The notes under the pieces: model-generated | Told to the model about the DNA's origin: nothing | The model's database searches: none | What the model saw: only the letters and a program-made list of their open reading frames with translations | Position numbers and translations under genes: made by a program | DNA from: an uncultured virus (IMG/VR IMGVR_UViG_3300035661_000052) | Lineage: Duplodnaviria > Heunggongvirae > Uroviricota > Caudoviricetes | IMG/VR virus record: IMGVR_UViG_3300035661_000052 | Strand: one strand, 5' to 3' | DNA length: 64,000 nucleotides | In this document: piece after piece, positions 37,694-48,316 of the stretch | Layout of the letters: each line of letters starts with the position of its first letter | How positions within the stretch are numbered: the stretch's first letter is position 1

Positions 37694-38562
37694 TAGCTGA
37701 GTGGTTGATTGGTTCCTGCAATGTACGGCTGCTGTGTATTGCTGTTGGCACTGCTTAATCCTGTATTAGGGCCAAAGCCGCGGGTATCAAATGTACCTTC
37801 TGGTCCTGGTGTAGAGAAGAAGTTGTCGTAGTACCCCTGGTGAGGGATGAACCGTACAAAGGTATTGATGCGTTTATCCATTTGCTCAGGAGAAGGCATA
37901 CGAATCTCAGCTATTGCTCTTGGTCCGTAGAGCATCTCGAACTGCTGTATGCAGTAATCAAATTTGAAGATGGTATCCTTCCAGCCGGCACCGATCATCA
38001 TCCCCCTACAATACCAGTAGAGTGCAGATTTGTAGTTTTGGTTATCGGGTATCATCGGAAAGCCATCTTCGTCAGTTTTGATGCCACGGTAGTACAGGAT
38101 CACTTTTCCATCTGAAAATGAAGTATTGATGTGTCCCATGTCCGTGTAGTAATAGGCGCCTGCTGTGCATGATTGAAGGGCATTGACGTCCTGTAGTTTA
38201 CTTACATACAGGGTGTGTCCATCAAAGGTCTGCTTGTCTACTACTGAATTGAACGCTGAGTAATTGTCCAGATAAGTCACTGCCCTGTCTCTTTCAGCAG
38301 GCCGGGCGCCACCGCCCTCTCTTAGTCTATGTCCATCATACTCAACTCCATCCAGGTACTTCATGCCGCAGGGAAGTTTAGCCTTGTGGAAGTTGATTTG
38401 TACCGGCTCCCATTTTCCTTCTAAAGAGAACTGAGTCTGCAGTTGTTCCATGGCTTCATACAACCACTCATGAATGTCGGCTATGAAGGAACTGTCCTGG
38501 ATACGCGTATTACGTACTACGTTTCCAATGACGTCCCGAAGGCTGGTGTACTGGTATTGCAT
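37693..38562 (-). CDS. Tail ring/tubular protein
   Basis: 289 aa. INTSFSDGKVILYYRGIKTDEDGFPMIPDN motif typical of crAss ring proteins; synteny. Confidence 0.72.
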   Translation of the reverse strand: MQYQYTSLRDVIGNVVRNTRIQDSSFIADIHEWLYEAMEQLQTQFSLEGKWEPVQINFHKAKLPCGMKYLDGVEYDGHRLREGGGARPAERDRAVTYLDNYSAFNSVVDKQTFDGHTLYVSKLQDVNALQSCTAGAYYYTDMGHINTSFSDGKVILYYRGIKTDEDGFPMIPDNQNYKSALYWYCRGMMIGAGWKDTIFKFDYCIQQFEMLYGPRAIAEIRMPSPEQMDKRINTFVRFIPHQGYYDNFFSTPGPEGTFDTRGFGPNTGLSSANSNTQQPYIAGTNQPLS

Positions 38563-39155
38563 GGTATCGGATGTTTGTTTATTCGCTTTATAATAGGGTA
38601 GTACTTGTATTTGAATTTAAGTAGCGGGTCATCAGTGAGTGCCTTGGAGAACTCAGCCTTGAATCCCTTCCTGGTGGCCATATTCTTCTCAGCAGGTTTG
38701 AAGTGATAATTGGTCTCGTTGGGTATCATTCCAAACTTAGCCCATTCAATTCTGCAGTAGTCGTCCTCTGTATGGAAGACTTTGATCAACTTACCGTCTG
38801 GTCCTTTCTCTCCGTTGAACGTCTCATGCCAGTTGACCAGTGGTTTGGTGAAATCCCGTTGTATCCTGGCTCCTCTGATCTTTCCCAAGTTAGCCCCCAG
38901 TCTTAGTGTTTCTCCATGGATGATAGCGTATTTGGCTTTATGGAAGTAAACTTCAATCACATCTTTCCAGATAAACCAGCTCATTTTCAATACTACTTTG
39001 CCATTCTCTTTGGCGTAGATGTAGCAATCTTTACGCTTCACGCGTTTCTCGTATTTCCCCCACCAGGTAGGGTGCGCATCAAGTAACTTTTTTACATACG
39101 CCGCATAGACGTCTTTGATGGAATACTGCTTCGGTCTTACAATTGGTTTTGCCAT
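38517..39155 (-). CDS. Conserved crAss-like basic protein (IHF/HU-like family)
   Basis: 212 aa, Lys-rich; IIHGETLRLGANLGKI resembles the HU/IHF arm; position within the tail block. Confidence 0.55.
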   Translation of the reverse strand: MAKPIVRPKQYSIKDVYAAYVKKLLDAHPTWWGKYEKRVKRKDCYIYAKENGKVVLKMSWFIWKDVIEVYFHKAKYAIIHGETLRLGANLGKIRGARIQRDFTKPLVNWHETFNGEKGPDGKLIKVFHTEDDYCRIEWAKFGMIPNETNYHFKPAEKNMATRKGFKAEFSKALTDDPLLKFKYKYYPIIKRINKHPIPCNTSTPAFGTSLET

Positions 39156-39167
39156 ATCGGTCTCAAG

Positions 39168-39812
39168 TTATTTCTCAACTGGTACTTCATCAGTGGGCTT
39201 GGAATCAGGTCGATTGTAATCAATCTGTAGTATAGACTGAACAATCAGCTGCATGATGTCACCACTGCATGGAAACTCAATATCCCAAACATCACAGTTG
39301 TATGCCTGAGGTAAACATGAACAGCTCATCTGCTGGATAAGAAGGGGATCATCAAAGATGCCATCAGTTCTCACCACAGGGATACCGGTCTTATCAATAT
39401 AGAGTTTGTTATTGCTGTATTCAAAGGCCGGGAACCACGAAGCGAACTTACCTGTCATCAGATAGTTGGCTGTGCCAGGGCCTACTTCACGAAATGGACT
39501 CTTGCCGTCCACACCTCCAACGTAATCAAATAAGGTAGTCCCCACTCTGATCAACAGGGGTATCTTTTCAACTGAGATGGATTGCATCTCCCCAATGCCT
39601 GCTGCATAATTTGAAGCAGAAGCAGTAGTCATCTTAACGTAGAGAGTTTGCCGAAAGAATTTACGCTGACCAGGCTCTTTTCCAATGGAGTTGGCGACAT
39701 GCCTGCTTCTCCAGTACTTTATCCGTTCCATCAATTGAAGTCTGAAGGGAACATCCAGCTCTCTGTCAAGATTGGAAGCTATCAATGTGGTTATTTCATT
39801 CGGAGTCATAGT
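39168..39812 (-). CDS. Tail ring protein
   Basis: ORF track gives 39168-39833; MTPNEI (ATG near 39810) is the likelier start. GIFDDP...C.....FPC motif as in crAss ring proteins. Confidence 0.6.
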   Translation of the reverse strand, partial: TMTPNEITTLIASNLDRELDVPFRLQLMERIKYWRSRHVANSIGKEPGQRKFFRQTLYVKMTTASASNYAAGIGEMQSISVEKIPLLIRVGTTLFDYVGGVDGKSPFREVGPGTANYLMTGKFASWFPAFEYSNNKLYIDKTGIPVVRTDGIFDDPLLIQQMSCSCLPQAYNCDVWDIEFPCSGDIMQLIVQSILQIDYNRPDSKPTDEVPVEK

Positions 39813-39844
39813 GTACAGGATGTTTAAGAACAATTACAAGTTAC

Positions 39845-39870
39845 AAAAAAGAGTGGGTAGAAACCCACTC
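39845..39870 (-). terminator. Intrinsic terminator with GTTTCTAC loop
   Basis: Minus strand GAGTGG-GTTTCTAC-CCACTC followed by TTTTTT, after the auxiliary capsid gene. Confidence 0.8.
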
Positions 39871-39926
39871 CGCTTGTCCAATATTTATGAAAACCTTCGA
39901 ATTCTGCAATGTTCCTAAGAACTATA

Positions 39927-40907
39927 TTATAATCCTAGTATCAGCTTCACTTCAGCCTCTGCGTTAGTAGCACCGTTGGAAGGGATAGCCAAGAGAATGT
40001 TGCGTGGTTGTGTATGTCTGTCAACAGGAGTAGGAGAATTTTCAGATGCAGTTCCCTGTATGATATACAAATTGTATGTAGCAGCGGGTAATGCAAATGC
40101 AGTAGGAGCACCGAAGTCAGATGGACGAGCCATTTGCATTCCGGGATACTGTGTACCTAATCCTTTGTAAACATCAGATTCAAATTCCAGTTCAGCTACC
40201 TGGTTGTAAGTACCAGTTCCCCAGTAAGCATTGGCAGTACCACTTCCAGAGTAGGTAGCAGTTGCTGCATTATCATTCAATGAGTCATAACTGAATGCCA
40301 GGCGGAAAGTGATTCCTGCAGAGGCAGCGGTTAAGATGATGGTAGTGGTAGACAATGTAGCAGTAACAATACTATCTGTGCCCTTGTTAATTACGTTGGT
40401 CTTATCATTGATAAGGTCAACAATGCGCTGTAATAGGATAGCAGCAGTAGTATCAGTTGCTTTAGCAGTAACACCATATTCCCATGATGGGAAAGGCTGG
40501 TAGCCGGGAGTAGTTTCAATTACTTTCACACTATAGTAGTGTCCGACAGTTGGTACTACAGCACCAAATACAGCTTTACTTATCTGAGCAACAGGAGCAG
40601 AATAAGTAACGCGTTTGGCAGTGTACCCACCAGCCAATTGGAAAGTACCAGTTTTCTCAATGTTACCATCTCTTTTCAAAGCGAAGAACAGATTGACTGT
40701 TGTAGCTGGGGTGGTAGCTCCACTGATCAGGGCATTGGTATCAGCATTGAAGCAGGCGATCTCACCTTCAGCAGCTGTACTTACGAATGTTGGAAAATCA
40801 GTTACACCAGTGGCGATACCAGTTCCTGAATAGTCAACTTGTTTGGCGATTAATACATCTGCAAATATACCGAGGGTAGATTTCCAGTACTTGTTTCTGT
40901 CTAACAT
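39927..40907 (-). CDS. Putative auxiliary capsid/structural protein
   Basis: 326 aa, Thr/Ala-rich beta protein with a C-terminal GTGTYNQVAELE motif; followed by its own terminator, consistent with high copy number. Confidence 0.6.
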   Translation of the reverse strand: MLDRNKYWKSTLGIFADVLIAKQVDYSGTGIATGVTDFPTFVSTAAEGEIACFNADTNALISGATTPATTVNLFFALKRDGNIEKTGTFQLAGGYTAKRVTYSAPVAQISKAVFGAVVPTVGHYYSVKVIETTPGYQPFPSWEYGVTAKATDTTAAILLQRIVDLINDKTNVINKGTDSIVTATLSTTTIILTAASAGITFRLAFSYDSLNDNAATATYSGSGTANAYWGTGTYNQVAELEFESDVYKGLGTQYPGMQMARPSDFGAPTAFALPAATYNLYIIQGTASENSPTPVDRHTQPRNILLAIPSNGATNAEAEVKLILGL

Positions 40908-40926
40908 GAATATGAATTTTAAAAGT

Positions 40927-41979
40927 TTAAATGGGTACGGATCGGGTCATGTTGTCTTTCAGTTTAGTCTCCCAGTTTGGATCTGCTATCATAGCTTTAA
41001 AGTACTCAACTGTTAGATCACAAATGGCTTGATGAAACTCTTCTGGTAACTCACAATCCTGAGATAAAAGTAGACTTATCCTACGGGGTTTTTTCACGTA
41101 GTCTATACTCACCCCAGTTACTATGAAGCCTGTATCCCCATAAACTGTCAATTCACGTCCTGAAACTTCTGAAATTGGGGATAGATTAGATGATTTGATA
41201 AAGGCAGTACGTCTCATAGTACTGATCTTGTCTGCAGGAGTGAGCCTGTTGGCTTGCCATGTTCCCAGTATAGAACTGTATCTGTTGTAAGATAAGGAGG
41301 TGACGATTCCATTTACAGTTGTAGTATCATCTACAGTGATAGTTCCAATGGTACCACCAGGGAAGATGAAAGAATGCGGCTTGTAAACAGATTTATAATT
41401 TTCCCAATATACAATTATGCCGAGTGTATTACGCATGTGCCAAAGCATTACATCACGAATGAGATACCTCTCCTCTTTAGAGTTGAGGCCAGTGTACCCC
41501 GTGATTTGCTGTGCGGTAATAATATCCAGTAGGCTGATGGTGTTACCATTGAGTGTAATCACTACTGTACTGAAATACTTAGGTGTACTCTTGCTGCTGT
41601 ATAGAGGAAGGGAGAGTACACTCTCAGTGATGGTCTTCAGGGTAGGACGTGGTGTTCCGCATTGAGAAAGAGTACGGCTATCATCTGATATGAGGTAACT
41701 GTAGTCTCCTGGTAAAGAAGCCACGTACACATCAGAGTCAAACGAGTCTGTCACTGGGATAGTTCTGTTAGTAACCAGCAGGGTACGGATGCTATCTGCA
41801 TCCAGTTGATCTACCTGGAATGCGCCATTGCCCTTTGACTTGAGTTTGGATTGAATAAACCTCTCCAGATTCTTATTCAGCAGCCAATCTATTTCATCTG
41901 GCAATAACTTACGACGTGTGTTAGAAGCTATGTTCTGTGTAGCCATTGACACTTCTATGTGCTGCTCGCGAATGTTCAT
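40927..41979 (-). CDS. Head-tail adaptor ring protein
   Basis: 350 aa. DEIDWLLNK and YVKKP...CELPEEFHQAICDLTV motifs; two genes downstream of the major capsid gene. Confidence 0.72.
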   Translation of the reverse strand: MNIREQHIEVSMATQNIASNTRRKLLPDEIDWLLNKNLERFIQSKLKSKGNGAFQVDQLDADSIRTLLVTNRTIPVTDSFDSDVYVASLPGDYSYLISDDSRTLSQCGTPRPTLKTITESVLSLPLYSSKSTPKYFSTVVITLNGNTISLLDIITAQQITGYTGLNSKEERYLIRDVMLWHMRNTLGIIVYWENYKSVYKPHSFIFPGGTIGTITVDDTTTVNGIVTSLSYNRYSSILGTWQANRLTPADKISTMRRTAFIKSSNLSPISEVSGRELTVYGDTGFIVTGVSIDYVKKPRRISLLLSQDCELPEEFHQAICDLTVEYFKAMIADPNWETKLKDNMTRSVPI

Positions 41980-41998
41980 CTGGAGAGGTTTTTATAGG

Positions 41999-42919
41999 TT
42001 ATGCTTTGCTGGTAGCTGGAGTTTGCTGAAGTCCTTCCTGCATACGTGCCTTCAGCATCACAAGTGATTCTGAGTTTAATTTGTCCTTGATCCAGTACAC
42101 TGCTTCCTGCATATCATTGCCGAGTACAGTTCCTGTTTCAGGGTTGATGATACGTTCCCCAATCTTCTGCAGAACACTGGTGTTAAGCATAGTTTGAATA
42201 GTGTACATCTCATCAAATGATTTATCATTGAATATCTTCACTACATCTGAGGGTTTGGTTTCAGCCAGCACTTTTACCTTGTCCAGTTTCAATGCCTGAG
42301 CATTTTTACCTTTGAAAGTACGTGGATCAATTCCCATCAGTGTCAACAGCATATCTGCTTTCTCCGGAGTCTTTTTAATACGCAGGTAAAGTACCAATGC
42401 TTCATCCTTATCCTTGTTACCCAGTACTTCGAAATCTTCCTGTTCCTGTGCATCAAAGATGTAGTAGAATTTCAACATACTGTTCTCACCATCCTGCTTG
42501 CTGCCGGCTACTTCCGGGTGAGCCTTTGCATGACGGTAGGTAACATAGTCAGATAGATTGAGTGGTAAGTTGATTGAGCTCAATGGTTCATTGTTATCAG
42601 TTTCCAATCCGATCTCCAGCTCACGGCCTTTATCAAATGGTACTGCTGTTTTGATTGCGGAGTAGTACTCTGATACCTTGGCACGGAATGCTCTGTCCTC
42701 AGGTTCACAGTCTACAATGGTTGGTAATAATAGCTTCTGTTCAGAGAAGTTCAAACCAGACCCAATGGTCGTGGAATAACTATTCTCCCAAAAGGAACCT
42801 ATGCTCCTTTTGCTCATAGCCATGAATTCCGGTGCGCCGTGTTGAGCATTTCCAATGAAGGAAGGCTTCCGGTAAAGCTTTACAATTCTACTGTTAGGGT
42901 GTTTCTTACTCGAGATCAT
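41999..42919 (-). CDS. Conserved crAss-like protein downstream of major capsid gene
   Basis: 306 aa; syntenic position; PLNLSDYVTYR..HPEVA motif. Confidence 0.65.
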   Translation of the reverse strand: MISSKKHPNSRIVKLYRKPSFIGNAQHGAPEFMAMSKRSIGSFWENSYSTTIGSGLNFSEQKLLLPTIVDCEPEDRAFRAKVSEYYSAIKTAVPFDKGRELEIGLETDNNEPLSSINLPLNLSDYVTYRHAKAHPEVAGSKQDGENSMLKFYYIFDAQEQEDFEVLGNKDKDEALVLYLRIKKTPEKADMLLTLMGIDPRTFKGKNAQALKLDKVKVLAETKPSDVVKIFNDKSFDEMYTIQTMLNTSVLQKIGERIINPETGTVLGNDMQEAVYWIKDKLNSESLVMLKARMQEGLQQTPATSKA

Positions 42920-42985
42920 TTGTTTACTGTATGTTTAAGTGTAAAAATACGAAATTCAAAACTACTGCAACTCCTGGGATTGGTG

Positions 42986-43014
42986 AAAAAAGAAGCCCCT
43001 AAAAAGGGGCCTCT
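42986..43014 (-). terminator. Intrinsic terminator after major capsid gene
   Basis: Minus strand AGAGGCCCC-TTTTTA-GGGGCTTCT followed by TTTTT. Confidence 0.75.
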
Positions 43015-43054
43015 CGAGATTAAGAAACCTCTATACAGTAGTTTCTTAAATATA

Positions 43055-44605
43055 TTACTGACCAGCTAAGCATTGGAAGTCGAAGCAACGGTTAGCTCTT
43101 AGGATCTGAATACCTGCAGACTTAAAGCGTGTGTATGCGCTCTTATCCTGGTCAGTGCTCAGCAGAGTTGCCTTGCTTTCGTTATCAATGTTAAAGCTTC
43201 CAGTCATTACCTGAAGACTCTTAGGCATGTTAGTCATACCGGCGATCACACCATGCTGGAATGAACGTCCTTTCTGAGCAACGTGTTGGATGTTTGGTTG
43301 ACCATCGTAATCGTTGTCATCAATGAACACCATACGGTAAGATTCTAATGGCCACCCTGTTTCCGGATGAGTGTAACCAGCTGCCTGCTGTGCAAGAGCT
43401 ACTTTACCCATGTCGAAGGTTGGGTTGTGTTTCACTTTCACAGTGTATCCATCAATATGATAGAACTGATCGAAGTATCCACCCAAAGCCAGATGTGATC
43501 CAGTACCAGAGATGAACTTATCGGCAATGTTGCCGGCGCCAGATCCAAGGTTAGCCAGGATAGTTCCACCTGCTTTCTTGATAGCACGATCGAATGCCCT
43601 CATACCACCACGACCTGTATGCAATGTGATAGAGATACCTGCTGTGTCAGACTGACCAAACAATGCGTCACCGATTTGGCTCACCATGTAGTCGTAGTTC
43701 AAATCAGAGTAAGTACTCTTGTTCTGAATTTGCTCCAGGATACCTGATCCGGTTGGGATGTCTTTACCAGTAAGCAAATCTTTCAGCGCCACGGTACCGT
43801 TGGCAGCCCTGTTGTAACGAGAATACCAGTAGTTGTGTTCGCAGATAGATAGCCATTCCATTTCATACTGCCACATAGCCCAATCCATCCAAACATCAGT
43901 TTCACCCTTGTCTGTCTTAACTGAGATCTTCATTACCTTGTTAGCAGAATTACCAGCCCAGCTGAAACCATGACGCATGAAACCCATTTGGTTCTTGAAT
44001 GAACCAGGCATGGCCATTTTAGATTCAGTTGTACGGGATTCACTCTCTGCAACAGCGGTAGTAATGTCAATCCATGCATTACCACCATCCAGCTCTGTCA
44101 AAGGACAAAAGTCAGTTGGCAAGGCAGCATTCAATGATACAGTGTACTCATATTCACCAGTACCTGTAATAACAGGATCAGAATGAACATAAGCCTGAAT
44201 ACCGCGGGCTGACTGGATGATGAAGAAACGTTTAATCCAGTTGTCCGTAAGGCGCAACTTGAACTGGTTGTTTCCGATACCAGGCTTATCACCAGTGGTG
44301 TACGCATTCGAGCTTACAATTGAAGCTTTATGAATACGGCCCATCACAGGATAAGTGAACTGGACATCATCCAATTCCACAGCAGCTCTCTGCATAGCAT
44401 TGCCTTCATAGCCAATACCACCGAGGGTCATCAATGAAATAGGATAATTCTTTGTATAGTCACCCATGATATAGGTGAGTTTACGGGTAAGCTCCGATGG
44501 AGCGCCCTGACGCTGGTGGTAGAAGTTGGTTTCATCCAGCATTGATTTGGAATCAAAGATTCCTTCGGTGACCCTGTATTTCAGGGCTGGGGTAGGTTGT
44601 GCCAT
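43055..44605 (-). CDS. Major capsid protein (crAss-like)
   Basis: 516 aa in portal-scaffold-MCP order; motifs GSGILEQI, LHTGRGG, HIDGYTVKVKHNPTFD, HPETGWPLESYRMVFID. Confidence 0.9.
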   Translation of the reverse strand: MAQPTPALKYRVTEGIFDSKSMLDETNFYHQRQGAPSELTRKLTYIMGDYTKNYPISLMTLGGIGYEGNAMQRAAVELDDVQFTYPVMGRIHKASIVSSNAYTTGDKPGIGNNQFKLRLTDNWIKRFFIIQSARGIQAYVHSDPVITGTGEYEYTVSLNAALPTDFCPLTELDGGNAWIDITTAVAESESRTTESKMAMPGSFKNQMGFMRHGFSWAGNSANKVMKISVKTDKGETDVWMDWAMWQYEMEWLSICEHNYWYSRYNRAANGTVALKDLLTGKDIPTGSGILEQIQNKSTYSDLNYDYMVSQIGDALFGQSDTAGISITLHTGRGGMRAFDRAIKKAGGTILANLGSGAGNIADKFISGTGSHLALGGYFDQFYHIDGYTVKVKHNPTFDMGKVALAQQAAGYTHPETGWPLESYRMVFIDDNDYDGQPNIQHVAQKGRSFQHGVIAGMTNMPKSLQVMTGSFNIDNESKATLLSTDQDKSAYTRFKSAGIQILRANRCFDFQCLAGQ

Positions 44606-44639
44606 ATATGGGTACGGTTTTTACATAGTGCGGAAAGCC

Positions 44640-45827
44640 TTAAAGACTTCCGAGTGATACGAATCCTTTGTTCTTGCCAGCAGTATCATCTGCGCCGGAT
44701 TTGTTATCATCTTTGGTTTTCTCAACAGCACGCTTCAGTCTTTTCACCTGGGCAGTTTGTGCCTGTGTCTTAATGAGACCACTGAGATCTCCCTTCTTGA
44801 ACAGCAGGTAGAGGCTTTCCAGTTGTTGAGTAAGATTGTCTCCGACTCTCTGAACCAAAAGGAACTTTCCGTCTTTACCATCATACTCCAGGTGCTCTCT
44901 TACATAAGCATTGAAGGCTACTTTATCAGTATCAGGTATGATGATTCTCATTCCTGCTCCCTCATTGATCGTGGTGCTGAGTTTCTGACTCAGTGCATTG
45001 ACACTTGCAGTGTAAGCTTGTTCAGCTTTCTGCTGTTGCTCCTCGATCAGTTTGAGTTCATGCTCATGGCTGGCTTCTGTTGTCTTATAGGCAGCATCAG
45101 CTTTGTCAAAAAGTACCCCATCCTTGATCGCTTTGTCAACAGCCATTTGTGCTGTGTCAGCATCCAAACCTTTACTTATTAAAGAACTCTTGTACAGTGT
45201 TACTTGCAGATCAACATTATCTTTAAATGTGCTATACTCAGGCAAGCTAAATGTTTTGAAAGAGTAAAAACTCTCGTCATCACCACCTGCTTGTCTGTGT
45301 AGCATGTATGCGTAAGATCTTGGATCCGCTTTCTTCAAATACGCCTCAAAGCTTTGCACAGCCTGCTCTGCAACAACTTTGTCCCTATGGTAAATTCCCT
45401 CTGGTGTGAGTGGATCAACTCCGTCAGGATACTCAACTTTGATTGGGTTACCATGTAGTTTATCCACATCAGCAAAGAACGCTTCAGGACTATCGTCAAC
45501 AGTATCCGTTGTATTGTCTGTTGGTTTGAATGTAGGGTCCTTAATAGCCTTACCATCTGCGTCTTCAATGTATCCCTCAGCCAGGGTACCATCTTCATTG
45601 CGCCCATCAACAGGATCTGCAGGTGGAGGATTATCACCAGCAGCTTTCTTAGTTGCCTCAGTTGCAGCAGCATCATCGGTTAACTTCTGTGCAGCAGCTG
45701 CATCATCGAGTTTCACCAGCGGTGGTGTGTAATTAGGATTGCTTAAATCTGCCAGTGAAGGTGGCATTGGTATCGCTGCTGCTCCGTCTCCTGCAGAAGG
45801 ATCATAGTGTCGTTTAATGTAGTTCAT
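44640..45827 (-). CDS. Putative scaffolding protein
   Basis: 395 aa; acidic, disordered N-terminus followed by helical coiled coil; lies between portal and capsid. Confidence 0.7.
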   Translation of the reverse strand: MNYIKRHYDPSAGDGAAAIPMPPSLADLSNPNYTPPLVKLDDAAAAQKLTDDAAATEATKKAAGDNPPPADPVDGRNEDGTLAEGYIEDADGKAIKDPTFKPTDNTTDTVDDSPEAFFADVDKLHGNPIKVEYPDGVDPLTPEGIYHRDKVVAEQAVQSFEAYLKKADPRSYAYMLHRQAGGDDESFYSFKTFSLPEYSTFKDNVDLQVTLYKSSLISKGLDADTAQMAVDKAIKDGVLFDKADAAYKTTEASHEHELKLIEEQQQKAEQAYTASVNALSQKLSTTINEGAGMRIIIPDTDKVAFNAYVREHLEYDGKDGKFLLVQRVGDNLTQQLESLYLLFKKGDLSGLIKTQAQTAQVKRLKRAVEKTKDDNKSGADDTAGKNKGFVSLGSL

Positions 45828-45844
45828 ACTGTATAGTGTTTGAG

Positions 45845-48280
45845 TTATTTCTTAGTTGACTTGGCCTTAGCAGCCTGGAGTTTCATAGCTTCAGTCTTCT
45901 CTTTACTTTTTAGCTTTTCCTTCTCCAGTGCCAGTTGTTTATCGGCCAGGTTCATATTGTCCTTGTGTATCTTATCACGGTGACTGATCTCCATATAGGC
46001 TACCTTCTCTTCAGATAGTACCTTCTGTGCTGCAATCACACGTTTACTGATCTCAACTGAATCGGGTATTCCGTTACCATCCGCATCACTGCTTACACCT
46101 GCTGCTTCGAGGGCGTACTCCCCAACTACCATGGCATTCTGGTCACGTCTGTCCCACTCGGCATTGATCTCATTAATCTTGCAGTCACTCTGTATCTGGG
46201 CATACTTCTCTTTGATCTGTTCAATCATGGCCTCATGCTGCTGTTCATTCTGAGCGGTCTCTTGCGCCTGCTGCATTTCAATAGCCTCAATGCGCTTGAG
46301 TTTACCCATTAGTTCAGCTATGTTATCGGCACGCTGAATCTCCAGAATGGTGGATTGCTTTACACCATTCTGTATCATAGCCTGCGTCTGTCCTTTGTAC
46401 TGGTTGAGGTTCTGTTGCTCTTCTGCAGAGTGCGTCACGAATAGACCGAGCTCTGCCGAGCAGTAAGAGTTGGGGTCAATCTCCAGCAGCTCACGATCGA
46501 AGTCATCTTCATTGTAAATAGCACGAATGCCATCTACATTGACGAAGCGACTGTAATCCAGGAAGCCTTGCAGTTCTTTCTCTGTGAATTCTTCAAACAG
46601 GGTGAAAATCATATCTGTCATCAGGCTACTCTGGAAGAGATTGGCTTGAGTGGTACCCAGTCCATCACTACTATTTGTCTGTGCCTTACGTTGTGGTGAG
46701 ATACCCAATACTTCATCCCAGTCTCTCTTAAAACTATCACGCAGATTAATGAGTTCTTTGATCTGATCAAACAGACTCATATCCAGCGTATGGTATTGAT
46801 TGAAGCTCTTGTCAACTCCCATCTGGGAACGGTTGATGAGCATGTATCCGAGTGCGTCCGCGTAGTAGAAGAACTTTTCTTCATCCCAGCCATCTCCTTT
46901 GGGTATTGAATTCTGGTCAATGAGAGCGATCTTTCCTTTGCTCTTGGCAATAGTTTTCTCCAGCAGGAAGTTGGTTACCATATACATGATAGCATACGGC
47001 AGACCCATCTCCAGTACACTCATGTTTTCGGCATGTGTATCACTGTAGTGCTTACCATTGTAGGGAAGCTTACACCGGGAGAAGTTGTTCATCTCATTGC
47101 GCTGTACAGGAATTTCCCGCATACGTGAGAAGATCTTGTCCCCGATTCTCCATCCTTCATGCACACTGTTTACCCAGATACGTTTGGTAACTTTCATTGT
47201 ATCATCAATAGGAGTGTCTTCATCAAGTTCCATCTCCTCTACCTTTCCAGTGAAGGGATCGGTATATTCAACAATCAGTACCTGTTTTTTTCCTTTCCAA
47301 GTTACATGGTATACGGGTATCTTACCACTATACTGATCTGACTTGGTATCTCCCTGCAAATAGTTATACATACTGAAAGGAGTAACCCACTGGGTACGGG
47401 ATTCAAGGTCTACATAGTCTGCATCTTTCAGTTCATCATAGAATCTGTCTACCACATCGCTGATGCTTAACAGTTGTCTACGGATGGCCCATTCACCATC
47501 TTCAATGAAGTCAAGTCCGGGACTCTTATCATAATCAAACTCGAGAGCACTTACTCTCTCATAGATGAAGCTTCCATTTTCAATATTCTTGTAACTGTAC
47601 ACACGACCAGTGATCAGCCAATCTTTAAACATCTTCAGTTGCTTCTGCCTTACGTTGTACTCACGGATGGCACGCTTTATCCATTTCTGTCCTCTCCGTG
47701 CAAGGTTATCCTTGTAGCCGGAAGTGAACCTATCTTTGATTTCCTCAGGCATGGGTATCTCCTCCTGCTGAGGAATGGAAGGAACATCATGTCCAGCAGC
47801 TTGCATGTTAGCTTGTGCTGCAGCAAGGAAATGCTCACCAATGTTCTGTTCCAGCTTCTTGCTCAACCCATCCAGGTAGTTGTTAAAGGCATCTTCGCCC
47901 ATATTTACTACTTGGTAGACGTAAGGTCTCTTGGGGTATTCTCCCAATAGTAAATCAATGTTGGTACGGAGCATGGAAGTAGGTCTCACCTTAGCGGGGT
48001 AAACCTTGTGTTGTGGATTGGTAGCGGATAGCGGATCGGTGATATGGGAGAACCACTCAAGTGGGAATTGATTATTGTACACGCTGTAGAGCATACCCAG
48101 ATCTTTCCGGTTGCCGGGGGCAGTGCCAAAGTTGAAATTGGATAAACCAATTCTGTAGTCGATATTCAGTTTAAACCACTCGTAGTTCTTTGCAGTCTTT
48201 TCAGCCCATGAGAGTCTCTGTAATGGCTTACCACTGGGAGCTACACGGGTATTTTCTTCAGGTAACTGGTTAGATGACAT
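45845..48280 (-). CDS. Portal protein
   Basis: 811 aa directly after terminase; LLLGEYPKRP, CKLPYNG and LGISPQR motifs; C-terminal coiled coil with DADGNGIPD. Confidence 0.9.
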   Translation of the reverse strand: MSSNQLPEENTRVAPSGKPLQRLSWAEKTAKNYEWFKLNIDYRIGLSNFNFGTAPGNRKDLGMLYSVYNNQFPLEWFSHITDPLSATNPQHKVYPAKVRPTSMLRTNIDLLLGEYPKRPYVYQVVNMGEDAFNNYLDGLSKKLEQNIGEHFLAAAQANMQAAGHDVPSIPQQEEIPMPEEIKDRFTSGYKDNLARRGQKWIKRAIREYNVRQKQLKMFKDWLITGRVYSYKNIENGSFIYERVSALEFDYDKSPGLDFIEDGEWAIRRQLLSISDVVDRFYDELKDADYVDLESRTQWVTPFSMYNYLQGDTKSDQYSGKIPVYHVTWKGKKQVLIVEYTDPFTGKVEEMELDEDTPIDDTMKVTKRIWVNSVHEGWRIGDKIFSRMREIPVQRNEMNNFSRCKLPYNGKHYSDTHAENMSVLEMGLPYAIMYMVTNFLLEKTIAKSKGKIALIDQNSIPKGDGWDEEKFFYYADALGYMLINRSQMGVDKSFNQYHTLDMSLFDQIKELINLRDSFKRDWDEVLGISPQRKAQTNSSDGLGTTQANLFQSSLMTDMIFTLFEEFTEKELQGFLDYSRFVNVDGIRAIYNEDDFDRELLEIDPNSYCSAELGLFVTHSAEEQQNLNQYKGQTQAMIQNGVKQSTILEIQRADNIAELMGKLKRIEAIEMQQAQETAQNEQQHEAMIEQIKEKYAQIQSDCKINEINAEWDRRDQNAMVVGEYALEAAGVSSDADGNGIPDSVEISKRVIAAQKVLSEEKVAYMEISHRDKIHKDNMNLADKQLALEKEKLKSKEKTEAMKLQAAKAKSTKK

Positions 48281-48316
48281 AGTACAGGTGATATGAGAAC
48301 ACCAATACTAAGCCGA

